The notes under the pieces: generated by a model
Told to the model about the DNA's origin: nothing
Database searches by the model: none
Seen by the model: only the letters and a program-made list of their open reading frames with translations
Shown: in pieces, positions 37,443 through 46,358 of the stretch
Layout of the letters: each line of letters opens with the position of its first letter
Position numbering within the stretch: the stretch's first letter is position 1
Source of the DNA: Thermotogota bacterium
Lineage (GTDB): Bacteria; Hydrothermota; Hydrothermia; LBFQ01
NCBI GenBank assembly: GCA_013153965.1
Contig: JAADDJ010000010.1
Span: 17,443-81,442 of the forward strand
Length of the DNA stretch: 64,000 bases
Direction of reading: 5' to 3'
Program-made: the position numbers and the translations under genes

Positions 37443-37985
37443 TTACTTCTTCCTCGGTTTTAAGATGAAATGGACGAAGCGGCCTTCCTGCTTCGGCTCC
37501 ACATCCACGGCGGCAACGTCGTCCAACATGGCTATCACCTTCTCGGCGAGGTTATGGGTTATATCCACGTGGAGCATCTGCCGGCCCCTCATCCGTATCT
37601 CTATCTTCACCTTGTGCCCCTTCTCAAGGAACTCGCGTGCCTTTTTAAGCTTGACCTGCAGGTCGTGGTCGCCTATGGTGGGAGTTAGCTCTATCTCCTT
37701 CATCTCCGGCGTCTTGTCCTTCTTCTTCTGCTTCTTCTTGAGCTCGTACATGTACTTGCCGTAGTCCATTATCCGAACTACGGGCGGATTCGCGTTGGGG
37801 GAGACCTCCACGACGTCCAGCCCGTGCTCCTCGGCGATACCCATGGCTTCGCGCACGCTCATCACTCCGAGATTCTTACCGTCGGGTCCTATGACCAGAA
37901 CCCGAGGTGCCCTTATCTGCTCGTTCGCCCTGACCTTGGGCAACCTGTTCCTGTTGCGGTTATTCTTCTTCCTGCGCCTTCCCAC
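37443..37985 (-). CDS. infC: Translation initiation factor IF-3
   Basis: IRAPRVLVIGPDGKNLGVMSVREAMGIAEEHGLDVVEVSPNANPPVVRIMDYGK aligns with IF-3 N-domain; C-domain IEIRMRGRQM; K/R-rich N-terminal extension. Confidence 0.9.
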   Translation of the reverse strand: MGRRRKKNNRNRNRLPKVRANEQIRAPRVLVIGPDGKNLGVMSVREAMGIAEEHGLDVVEVSPNANPPVVRIMDYGKYMYELKKKQKKKDKTPEMKEIELTPTIGDHDLQVKLKKAREFLEKGHKVKIEIRMRGRQMLHVDITHNLAEKVIAMLDDVAAVDVEPKQEGRFVHFILKPRKK

Positions 37986-37986
37986 G

Positions 37987-39243
37987 CTATTTACCTCCTT
38001 GCTGTTTCCTTATGTACTTTTCTATTCCCAGCGCGATCGCTTTGGCCAACCTATCCTGATACTTCCCGTTGGCCAGCTTCTTGGCCTCCCTCCGATTCGT
38101 TATGAATCCGAGCTCCACCAGAACGGAGGGCATCATCACCCACTTGAGGACGTAGAAGCCCGCCTGCTTGACCCCCCTATCCTTGGCCAGAGCCATCTCA
38201 AGGGCGGTGCCGTGTATGCTCATGGCCAACCTGTAGGACTGCTCCAAGAGGAGGTTCTGGAGCAGATCCCCGAGGATGGCTCCCACCGGCTCCTTGGGCT
38301 CCACGAATCCGATGTCGTACCTTATGGCCGAGTTCTCAAGTATAGCCACGGCTCTCTCCTGCGAGGTCCTTGATTCGGAGAGGAAGTAGGTCTCCATCCC
38401 ACTCGCGTTGGGATCCCTACTGGCGTTGCAGTGGATGCTGACGAAGAGATGGGCTCCACTACGGTTGGCCAGGCGCGCCCGCGAGTACAGGGATACGTAC
38501 CTGTCCTTACTTCTTGTGAGGATCACCCTGTATCCCTTCTCCCGCAGGAGGGCGGCCACCTTCAGGGCGACGGATAGGTTTATGTCCTTCTCCCTGTAGC
38601 CGTTCCCCACGGCCCCCGCATCCTTCCCGCCGTGGCCCGGATCTATCACGACGGTTATCCTCTCGGCCCTCTTGGGTTGCAGCTTGGAGATGTTTATCCT
38701 TAGGGTACCCCTACGCTCGGCCACCGTGTATCCGTTGGCCCTCGCCCCGAGATGTATCACGAACCTCGTACTGTCCCGGTACTGGATGACCTTCACCACG
38801 GAGACGAAGTTCCCATCCCCCACTATCCTCCAGAATTTCCCGTAGAGCCCCCTAACGACGACGGCTATGCTGTCCTCCCCCTCACTCACCCGATACTTCC
38901 CACTCTTGGACGTTATGGTTATACGGTAGCCATCGCCCACCTTCCCCATGAGGAATCTGATGTTGGGTTTCCCCCTGAAGAACCTCTTGGCCGCGGCATC
39001 CCACATCCAACTCCCCCCCATATGGATGAGGAGGGGGGCCAGTTGATCCGCCCTCACGTACAGCTTCTTACCCTTCCAGCGCTTCTGCAGCGGAAAGACC
39101 TTTCCTCCGTAGGACACCACATCGTCGTACTCGTAGCGGGCGACTTTTCCTCTGTATATGACCTTATCCTCATAGACCTTCGCCCCGGTTATCCGGCGAA
39201 TCTGGGACGTCGTGAGCCACTGCGATAGGACCAGAGCCAACAT
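37987..39243 (-). CDS. N-acetylmuramoyl-L-alanine amidase (Amidase_3, AmiC-type) with N-terminal AMIN-like domain
   Basis: VVIDPGHGGKDAGAVG, HLFVSIHCNA, LVELGFITN motifs. Confidence 0.85.
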   Translation of the reverse strand: MLALVLSQWLTTSQIRRITGAKVYEDKVIYRGKVARYEYDDVVSYGGKVFPLQKRWKGKKLYVRADQLAPLLIHMGGSWMWDAAAKRFFRGKPNIRFLMGKVGDGYRITITSKSGKYRVSEGEDSIAVVVRGLYGKFWRIVGDGNFVSVVKVIQYRDSTRFVIHLGARANGYTVAERRGTLRINISKLQPKRAERITVVIDPGHGGKDAGAVGNGYREKDINLSVALKVAALLREKGYRVILTRSKDRYVSLYSRARLANRSGAHLFVSIHCNASRDPNASGMETYFLSESRTSQERAVAILENSAIRYDIGFVEPKEPVGAILGDLLQNLLLEQSYRLAMSIHGTALEMALAKDRGVKQAGFYVLKWVMMPSVLVELGFITNRREAKKLANGKYQDRLAKAIALGIEKYIRKQQGGK

Positions 39244-40160
39244 CAGACTTCGTAGTGTATCCTACGCTCTATGAAGACCTTCTGCAGGACCGTGAGCAGT
39301 CCTACCACCGTTAGGAGGGCGATGGCGACGGCCGAGGCGTATCCGACGTTGAAGTCCTCCACACCCTTCTGGTACAGATAATAGACCAGAACGTTCGTGG
39401 TACCCATCGGACCACCGGGGGGAGGGCCGGTCATTATCCATATGGGAGCGAAGACCTGAAAGGAGATGATGAAGCTCGTCAGATACACGTAGAAGAGCGA
39501 GGGGGCGAGGAGCGGGAGGGTTATCTTCCAAAACACCGTCCATGGGCCAGCCCCGTCTATGGCGGCCGCCTCATACACGCTGCGATTTATGGACTTGAGA
39601 CCCGCGTAGAGTATTATGGTGTTGTAGCCGAAGCTCTTCCAGACGGACATTATGACCACGGAGAGGAGGGCCAGCGATGGCCCATGGCCGAAGAAGATGC
39701 CGGTGGGCTCCTCCAACCACCTGAGGGTCGGCAGATGCAGAAGGGATAGGACGAAGTTGAAGAAGCCGGCGGAGGGGTTATAAAGCCACTTCCAGACAAC
39801 GGAAGCCGGAACCAGGGATATGACCACGGGGGTGAATACGGCGAATTTGAGCAGAGACGACAGGGGCTCACGGGTGGCGTTTATCAGGAGGGCCGCAAGG
39901 AGGGCCACGGTTATGCCTATGCCTATTGAGAGGAAGGAGTACCAGAAGGTGTTGCCGAGGGCCTGCCAGAAGAAGGGATCACGCAGGAGTAAGGAGAAGT
40001 TCCTCAATCCGACCCACTCTTGGAAGCCCACCAACCCCCACTTCTGAAAGGAGTTGATGAAGACCATAAAGGAGGGTAGGAATTTGAAGATGGCCAAAAT
40101 CGTCAAAGCCGGCGCTAAGAACCCTGCCGCTAGAAGTGCCTTCCTCCCCTCCGAAAACAA
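39243..40160 (-). CDS. Carbohydrate ABC transporter permease (MalF/UgpA-type)
   Basis: 6 TM; EAA loop YEAAAIDGAGPWTVFWKITLP. Confidence 0.8.
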   Translation of the reverse strand: MFSEGRKALLAAGFLAPALTILAIFKFLPSFMVFINSFQKWGLVGFQEWVGLRNFSLLLRDPFFWQALGNTFWYSFLSIGIGITVALLAALLINATREPLSSLLKFAVFTPVVISLVPASVVWKWLYNPSAGFFNFVLSLLHLPTLRWLEEPTGIFFGHGPSLALLSVVIMSVWKSFGYNTIILYAGLKSINRSVYEAAAIDGAGPWTVFWKITLPLLAPSLFYVYLTSFIISFQVFAPIWIMTGPPPGGPMGTTNVLVYYLYQKGVEDFNVGYASAVAIALLTVVGLLTVLQKVFIERRIHYEV

Positions 40161-40187
40161 GATGCTATTATAGAGCGGAGGGGTGCA

Positions 40188-40853
40188 TCAACCGTACATT
40201 TTGCGATACTCCTCAACGAGAGCGTTGGCCCATTCCTCAACCCCCTCCCCGGTCTTGGCGGACGTCCTGAAGACCCTGATGTCGGGACGCAGTCTCTTGG
40301 CCTCGGACACGGCCCTCTCGGGGGAGAAGTCAAAGAAGGGCAGGAGATCCATCTTCGTAAGAACCATCCAACGGGCCGTTCGGAAGGCCTTGGGGTACTT
40401 GGCGGGTTTATCGTCGCCCTCCGGGACCGACAGGAGGACCACCCGAAGATGCTCACCGAGGTCAAAGCCGGCCGGACATATGAGATTCCCCACGTTCTCT
40501 ATGAAGAGGATGTCCCAATCCCTGTCGGATATCCTCTCCCAAGCCTTGGCCACCATGTTGGCCTCCAGATGGCACGTGCCCCCCGTGGTTATCTGAACGG
40601 CCTCAACCCCCTTGGCCCTTATCCTCTCGGCATCCCTGTCGGTCTCTATATCCCCCTCCAGAACGGCCACCCTCATGCGTCCCTTGAGGATCTCCAGAGT
40701 GCGCTCCAGAAGGGCGGTCTTCCCGGAGCCGGGGGATGAGAGGAGATTTACGACCAACATTGAGCGCGATGCCCACTCTCTACGCAGCGCCTCGGCCAAC
40801 ATATCGTTGGCCCGTAGAACTTCCCTCTTAACATCAACCGTTATCTTGCCCAT
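40188..40853 (-). CDS. hypB: Hydrogenase nickel incorporation GTPase HypB
   Basis: GSGKT Walker A, GTCHLEA, ENVGNLICPA metal/GTP motifs; start at MGKITVD (internal ATG) overlapping hypA by 20 nt. Confidence 0.85.
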   Translation of the reverse strand: MGKITVDVKREVLRANDMLAEALRREWASRSMLVVNLLSSPGSGKTALLERTLEILKGRMRVAVLEGDIETDRDAERIRAKGVEAVQITTGGTCHLEANMVAKAWERISDRDWDILFIENVGNLICPAGFDLGEHLRVVLLSVPEGDDKPAKYPKAFRTARWMVLTKMDLLPFFDFSPERAVSEAKRLRPDIRVFRTSAKTGEGVEEWANALVEEYRKMYG

Positions 40854-41211
40854 AGTTCTCCTCGGGTATGTCAAGCTCAACGTCCCGCAGGTACAGGTCC
40901 TCCCCATCCACAACATCAACCGTCGCACTGCCACACTCCGGACACCTGACCGTTCGCTCCCTCCACGGGCCGTAGTACCCGCACTCGGGACACCGCAACG
41001 TCAGGGGTACTATACTGTACTCCATAACGGCGTCGGCTATCAGGGGCTCGGCCGCCTTTAGGACGGCGAAAGCCTCCTCCAAGAGCTCGGGGACCACGTT
41101 GGCCAACTCCCCCACCTCAAGGCGGAAGCGGAGGACCCTGCGGGCCCCATATCGCCGGGCTATCTCGCGCAGCGACAGGTATATGGCCTGAAGTATTGAA
41201 AGCTCATGCAT
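40834..41211 (-). CDS. hypA: Hydrogenase nickel insertion protein HypA
   Basis: MHELSI N-terminus; zinc site CPECG...CPECG. Confidence 0.85.
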   Translation of the reverse strand: MHELSILQAIYLSLREIARRYGARRVLRFRLEVGELANVVPELLEEAFAVLKAAEPLIADAVMEYSIVPLTLRCPECGYYGPWRERTVRCPECGSATVDVVDGEDLYLRDVELDIPEENYGQDNG

Positions 41212-42251
41212 CAGCAGATCCTCGGTAGCTGCTCACCCGAGAGCATATCCACGACCCGGCTCCCTCCGAAGGCCGTCCGTAGGACCACGGTCCCCGGATG
41301 CTCCTCAACCACCTCCCCAACTATCCGTGCCTCCTCACCGCCGGGAATAGCGCGCACGGCCTGCAGGAGCTCCTCCGCCCTATCGGGGGAAACGAAGGCC
41401 AGAAAGCGACCCTCGTTGGCCACGTAGAGAGGATCCAGACCCAATATCTCGCACGCCCCCCGCACCTCCTCCTTCAGGGGTATCCTCTCCTCGTATATGA
41501 CCATGCCGAGACCGGAGGAGCGGGCCATCTCGTTGAGGGCGGAGGCTACCCCTCCCCTCGTGGCATCCCTCAGGGCATGGACATCCTCCCTTGAGACATC
41601 CAGCATGGCCTTCACCAGAGGCCACAGGTTCATCGTATCGCTCCTTAGGGGAGTCTCAAACTCCAATCCCTCCCGCACCGACATTATGGCTATCCCGTGC
41701 TCGGCTATGGGACCCGAGAGTATTATCAGGTCCCCCGGTCGGATCCTCTCCGGCCCCACATGGACGCCTTCGGCGACCGAGCCTATACCCGTGGTGTTGA
41801 TGAATATCCCGTCCCCCTTTCCCCTCTCCACCACCTTCGTGTCGCCGGTGATGATGAGAACGCCCGCCTCGTCGGCCCTCCTCTTTACGGTCGCGAGAAT
41901 CTCCCATAGGTCCTTCAGCAGCAGACCCTCCTCAAGGATGAGGCTCAACGTCAGATACTTGGGCTCCGCTCCGCACATGGCGAGGTCATTTACCGTGCCA
42001 TTGACTGCAAGGTCCCCGATGTTGCCACCGGGGAAGAAGTAGGGCGACACGACGAAGCTGTCGGTGGATACCGCCATACGCCCGTCGGACGGTATAACCG
42101 CGCCGTCGTGAAGACGTTGGAGATACTCGTTGGAAAAGAGAGGCAGGAAGAGCTTGGTTATGAGGCGGTGGGTGAGACGCCCTCCACCCCCGTGAGCCAA
42201 GGTTATGCGGTCATAGTCGCTTATGGGTATGGGGCATTCAAAGGAGGCCAC
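41211..42251 (-). CDS. hypE: Hydrogenase maturation carbamoyl dehydratase HypE
   Basis: Aligns along its length with E. coli HypE, including FFPGGNIGDLAV, ITGDTKVV, ALRDATRGG and C-terminal PRIC; the 100-aa R/P-rich N-terminal extension in the track ORF is rejected; start tentatively GTG at 42249-42251. Confidence 0.8.
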   Translation of the reverse strand: MASFECPIPISDYDRITLAHGGGGRLTHRLITKLFLPLFSNEYLQRLHDGAVIPSDGRMAVSTDSFVVSPYFFPGGNIGDLAVNGTVNDLAMCGAEPKYLTLSLILEEGLLLKDLWEILATVKRRADEAGVLIITGDTKVVERGKGDGIFINTTGIGSVAEGVHVGPERIRPGDLIILSGPIAEHGIAIMSVREGLEFETPLRSDTMNLWPLVKAMLDVSREDVHALRDATRGGVASALNEMARSSGLGMVIYEERIPLKEEVRGACEILGLDPLYVANEGRFLAFVSPDRAEELLQAVRAIPGGEEARIVGEVVEEHPGTVVLRTAFGGSRVVDMLSGEQLPRIC

Positions 42252-42310
42252 GATGGGATATTTTAAGGGAGCCCCAAACGCCGAAAAATTGACGATAGAA
42301 TATCCTCTCC

Positions 42311-42874
42311 ATGAAGGATTTCGTGGAAAAACTCGTTGAAGCAAACTCTTGGGCCACGTCCTACGCCATGGAACCCTACGACTCCTATAAACGGCGGAAG
42401 GGCTACATGGACAAACTGCTGCGGGCCTTGGCCGAAGCCATGGGGAAGGCACCGGATGGACGATTCGTTCCACTCCTCCAGTACATGGCGAACGTCGTAG
42501 CCAACCAGATGGGCCTCGGGAAGACCGAGCCCGAGAGGGAGGCTGCCTTCTCAACGATGTCCCGCCTACTCAACTCCCTCATAGACCTCATAACCCGCAT
42601 GGAGGAGGGTAAGGATCTGCCGGGCCATTCGGACCTGAGCGAGAGGGTGATGGATATTCTGGAGATGATGGAGTACCGTCCGAGCGTGCGCACTCTCGGG
42701 AAAGTTCAAAGGCTCGTTGAGGAGATGTACCGGCTGATTGACAGGGTATTGGGGGAGGGGAGGGTGTCCGAGAGGGTACTCTCCGCCTTAGACGAGGTGG
42801 TCTTCGTCCTGAGCCGCGGCGAAGAGGAAGCCTTGGACGAGGCGAGGAGCCTCCTTCGGGGAGTACGCCCGTAA
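42311..42874 (+). CDS. Hypothetical alpha-helical protein
   Basis: 187-aa ORF with normal composition; no recognisable motif. Confidence 0.4.
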   Translation: MKDFVEKLVEANSWATSYAMEPYDSYKRRKGYMDKLLRALAEAMGKAPDGRFVPLLQYMANVVANQMGLGKTEPEREAAFSTMSRLLNSLIDLITRMEEGKDLPGHSDLSERVMDILEMMEYRPSVRTLGKVQRLVEEMYRLIDRVLGEGRVSERVLSALDEVVFVLSRGEEEALDEARSLLRGVRP

Positions 42875-42884
42875 AATCCCGCCT

Positions 42885-43481
42885 ATGCTCTGGATGCTCT
42901 CTTTTATGGACGTCTCCTTTGGGGTGGCCACGCGCATCCCCTTGGAGGATTACGCCAAATTCGTAGGGTACGGCGTTGGGGGAGAGGTGGGATTCCGCTA
43001 CTTCTTTACGGACCTCTTCGGCGTGGGACTGAAGGCGGGTGGATACTACCACTTCCAGAGGCTCGCGAAGGATTCGGTGGGCGGCGTATGGTACAAGCAG
43101 AACACTCAAGCCAACGTCTTCCCAGCGAGCCTAAATCTGGTGATGAACTTCTATCTGGCCGAGGGGGTGTCGCTGATGGTCTCTGTAGGAGGGGGTGGGA
43201 ACTTCTCCCTCTACACCTACGACCGCAGGGTGGGAGTCTATGACAGTGCCTCCGCCTCTTGGAATGTCAGGGAGGAGGAGGGAAACTACAAGGTGGGAGG
43301 CTACCTGATAAACTTTGAGGCCGCCTTCCGCATGACCGACTTTGACATATTCATGGGGGTCAATATCCTCCAGACCGAGATAAACCGGGTTGATATGCTG
43401 GAGGGTAAGGAGACGATTGATAAGGGAGCCTACCCGGCGTTGTACATCGGGACCAGGTACTTCATAAAGTTCGGCGTATGA
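42885..43481 (+). CDS. Small outer-membrane beta-barrel protein (OmpA-N/porin-like)
   Basis: Alternating hydrophobic beta-strand pattern with G/Y-rich turns; C-terminal aromatic (..FIKFGV). Confidence 0.5.
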   Translation: MLWMLSFMDVSFGVATRIPLEDYAKFVGYGVGGEVGFRYFFTDLFGVGLKAGGYYHFQRLAKDSVGGVWYKQNTQANVFPASLNLVMNFYLAEGVSLMVSVGGGGNFSLYTYDRRVGVYDSASASWNVREEEGNYKVGGYLINFEAAFRMTDFDIFMGVNILQTEINRVDMLEGKETIDKGAYPALYIGTRYFIKFGV

Positions 43482-45535
43482 TCCTGCTCCTCGCCGAGGT
43501 AATCTTCAGGGGAGGTTTCCTTGAGTACTTTCCTGACAGCGGCCTGGTGATCCTATACGACAGCGCGTACGTGAGGACCGACGACGGCACCGAGCTCTGG
43601 GCCGACACCATAAAGTTCTGGCGCAAGGTTCAGGTGGTGGAGGCCTCGGGCAACTTTACCCTCAAGACGGCGGAGACCAAAATCACGGGCAAATACCTGA
43701 AGTACAACCTCCTGCGTCAGACCGGAATAGCCAGCAAGAGCCGCACCTACGTTGAGAAGGGTTGGATAGTGGGGGATACGGTATATAAGGTCTCCGAAAA
43801 CAGCATATACACCACCAACGGATACTTCACGACCTGCGAGCTGCCCCGCCCCCACTATCGTTTCGCCTCCAAGAGGATGAGGGTGCTCAAGGGGGACCTG
43901 GCCGTGGTGAAACCTCTCGTCCTCTACCTCAGGGATATACCCGTCCTGTACGCCCCCTTCTGGTTCATGCCGGCGGGAAAGGAGCGCTCCTCCGGCTTTC
44001 TCCCCCCCTCGGTGGGCAGCAGTACCCGGGATGGGCTCTACATCCGCAACTTGGCCTTCTATCTGGCCATTGACAACTTTCAGGACCTCACTCTCTTTGC
44101 GGACATAATTGAGCGTAGGGGCGTGCGCTTCGGAGCCGACTACAGGTACAACATATACAAGAGTCTGCAGGGAGGATTTACGGGCACCTACGCGTACGAC
44201 CTCGCCGAGGGTGGGAACGTTAGACGGTGGAGTTTGAAGGGGAACCACTCCCAAACCCTTCTGGGGTTTGATATGAACGCCCACGCGGACTTCGTGTCGG
44301 ACTCCAGATACTTCCAAGACTACGCGGAGGTACCCGACCAGTGGATTCAGAACGAGCTCGTCTCCTACCTGACCCTCCGGAGGACCACGCGTCTCGGTCT
44401 CCTATCTCTAAACCTCTACAACCGCTACGACCCCATCCGCGATATCACCCGCAGGACCCTCCCCGAGGTTTCCTTCAGCATGCTCCCTTTAAACGCCCTC
44501 GGCCTATCCCTGTCCAACTCCTTCAACCTCCGGAGGGAGAGGACGGATTCGGCATCCTCCAGCATGGAGCACCGCTTCGCGGCCACCTCCCACGTGCTGA
44601 ACACCACCTACAGCCTCCTCTACCTGACCACCTCCCCCTCGGTCCACCTCAACACATCCTTCAAGGACTCGGTATTCTCCAAGAGGTACGGTCTAACCCT
44701 GCCTCTCTCTACCACCCTATACGGCGTATCCCTCTTCGGGCTGGGACCCGTGAGGAAGTTCCGCCACATCCTAAAGCCCACAGTCTCCTACTACTACGAG
44801 AGGGACGACCTCACCGGCGAGAGGAAGGGGATAACACTATCGTTGGACAACACCCACGAGGGTAAAATTCGCCGAGATACGACGTCGGAGGTCAAGACAC
44901 TCCTCCAGTGGTCCGCCTCCACCAGCTATATCTTCTCGGACACGCTGGAGGGGAAACCCCTACGCTACCACTTCACCCCCATCACCATAACGGCGCGCAC
45001 CTCCCCATACCGTTGGGTGTCGGTGGTGGCATTCGGCTCCTACGACCACGTTGAGGGACGACCCGCATCCGCCCAGCTCATCGTCAATCTCGGCCGTTTC
45101 AACCTGAATCGGATTTTGGGCGGAGAGGCGACACGGGAGGATACTGCCGAGATGGATACGACCAAGGACACGGTGATGACGGAGGAGGAGCTGGTTGAGG
45201 CCAACCGCCCTAAGCCCAAACCTTGGACCTTCGGCCTCTCCTACTCGTACTCCTTAAGCGCCTACGGGCAGCCTCCCCAGAACGTCTTCCGATTCGGAAT
45301 ATCCGGCAGTCCGACGCCCAAGTGGTTCATAGATTACTCATTCACGTACGATATGACGAACCGCAGGTATCTGGACCAGACCCTCCGGGTCTCCCGGGAC
45401 CTACACTGCTGGCAGCTGGAGGCCCGCTGGTCTTGGTTCGGGGGGTACTCAACCTACGACGTGCGCATATACGTCAAAGCCATTCCGGAGATAGCAATAA
45501 AGCGGGGAGTCTTGGACATCTTTCTACCCCGATAG
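43478..45535 (+). CDS. lptD: LPS-assembly outer-membrane protein LptD (OstA family)
   Basis: OstA N-domain then barrel; conserved TTCELPRPHYRFASKRMRV region; ATGA overlap with the preceding OMP gene. Confidence 0.8.
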   Translation: MILLLAEVIFRGGFLEYFPDSGLVILYDSAYVRTDDGTELWADTIKFWRKVQVVEASGNFTLKTAETKITGKYLKYNLLRQTGIASKSRTYVEKGWIVGDTVYKVSENSIYTTNGYFTTCELPRPHYRFASKRMRVLKGDLAVVKPLVLYLRDIPVLYAPFWFMPAGKERSSGFLPPSVGSSTRDGLYIRNLAFYLAIDNFQDLTLFADIIERRGVRFGADYRYNIYKSLQGGFTGTYAYDLAEGGNVRRWSLKGNHSQTLLGFDMNAHADFVSDSRYFQDYAEVPDQWIQNELVSYLTLRRTTRLGLLSLNLYNRYDPIRDITRRTLPEVSFSMLPLNALGLSLSNSFNLRRERTDSASSSMEHRFAATSHVLNTTYSLLYLTTSPSVHLNTSFKDSVFSKRYGLTLPLSTTLYGVSLFGLGPVRKFRHILKPTVSYYYERDDLTGERKGITLSLDNTHEGKIRRDTTSEVKTLLQWSASTSYIFSDTLEGKPLRYHFTPITITARTSPYRWVSVVAFGSYDHVEGRPASAQLIVNLGRFNLNRILGGEATREDTAEMDTTKDTVMTEEELVEANRPKPKPWTFGLSYSYSLSAYGQPPQNVFRFGISGSPTPKWFIDYSFTYDMTNRRYLDQTLRVSRDLHCWQLEARWSWFGGYSTYDVRIYVKAIPEIAIKRGVLDIFLPR

Positions 45536-46273
45536 CTACAGGTTGAGCCTCTTGAATATAAACTCCGGCACTAACCTGATGGCGAGCATTATCCATCTCC
45601 AATACCAGGGGGTATAGAGCACATCCTTACCCTTCTCCATGGCCGCCACTATATCCTTGGCGACCCTCCTCGGGGATGATACGAGCCGTTTGGGCAGCTC
45701 CAGATGGGCCGTCATGGGTGTATCTACGAATCCGGGCTTTATATCAAGAACCTTTACCCCCCTGCGAAAGAGCCTGTTGCGGAGACCGGAGAGATATATG
45801 GACAGTCCCCCCTTGGCGCTACCGTACGGGAAGTTGCTGCCCCTGCCCCTGTCCCCCGCCACCGACGTGATGGCTGCTATGAGCCCCTCCCCCCGCTCCT
45901 CCATGTACGGGGCCACGTGGGTCAGTACGGATACCGCTCCCAAGAAGTTCGTCTCAGCTATCCTTCTGAATTCGCCGAAATCCCTGTAAGCCTTATCCTG
46001 CTCCCCCAGATATCCGAAGGCCAAAAGTACCCAATCCACATCCCCCATCCTCTCCAAGACCCTCCTCCAGAAGGCCGGGTGGGTATCGTAGGCCACCGCG
46101 TCAAATCCATCCCAGTGGGTTTTCACACCGTACTTTATGGAGAGATGGCGAGCGAGCCGCTCCGTCTCCTCAACGTTCCTACTCGCGAGGTAGAGCTCGT
46201 GGCCCTTGGAGGCCAGAATATCGGCCACCTCCCTCGCTATGGCGGAGTTGGCGCCCAATATCAGGACCCTCAT
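45536..46273 (-). CDS. Short-chain dehydrogenase/reductase (SDR)
   Basis: N-terminal Rossmann ILGANSAIAREVA; catalytic YGSAKGG (YxxxK). Confidence 0.85.
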   Translation of the reverse strand: MRVLILGANSAIAREVADILASKGHELYLASRNVEETERLARHLSIKYGVKTHWDGFDAVAYDTHPAFWRRVLERMGDVDWVLLAFGYLGEQDKAYRDFGEFRRIAETNFLGAVSVLTHVAPYMEERGEGLIAAITSVAGDRGRGSNFPYGSAKGGLSIYLSGLRNRLFRRGVKVLDIKPGFVDTPMTAHLELPKRLVSSPRRVAKDIVAAMEKGKDVLYTPWYWRWIMLAIRLVPEFIFKRLNL

Positions 46274-46283
46274 CGCGGTATAT

Positions 46284-46302
46284 TAAGGTGGATTCCACCT
46301 TA
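46284..46302. promoter_or_regulatory. 19-bp perfect palindrome TAAGGTGGA-T-TCCACCTTA in the divergent SDR / cysK-like promoter region
   Basis: Read directly; 9-bp arms, 1-nt spacer, 11 nt upstream of the SDR start codon. Confidence 0.3.
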
Positions 46303-46358
46303 CAATAGATGCACCATGAGAAGTTTCACGAAGCCCGGAGGTTGGGTTTGCCGACCTG

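Noticed and set aside
42252-42554. 100-aa R/P/S-rich N-terminal extension of the HypE ORF
   Set aside because: HypE homologs begin at ...LAHGGGG; the extension is low-complexity and runs into the divergent gene's promoter region.
44341-44865. 174-aa ORF in an alternative frame within lptD, and the 254-aa minus-strand ORF 43553..44317
   Set aside because: Both fall inside the well-supported LptD CDS; P/R/H-rich translations.
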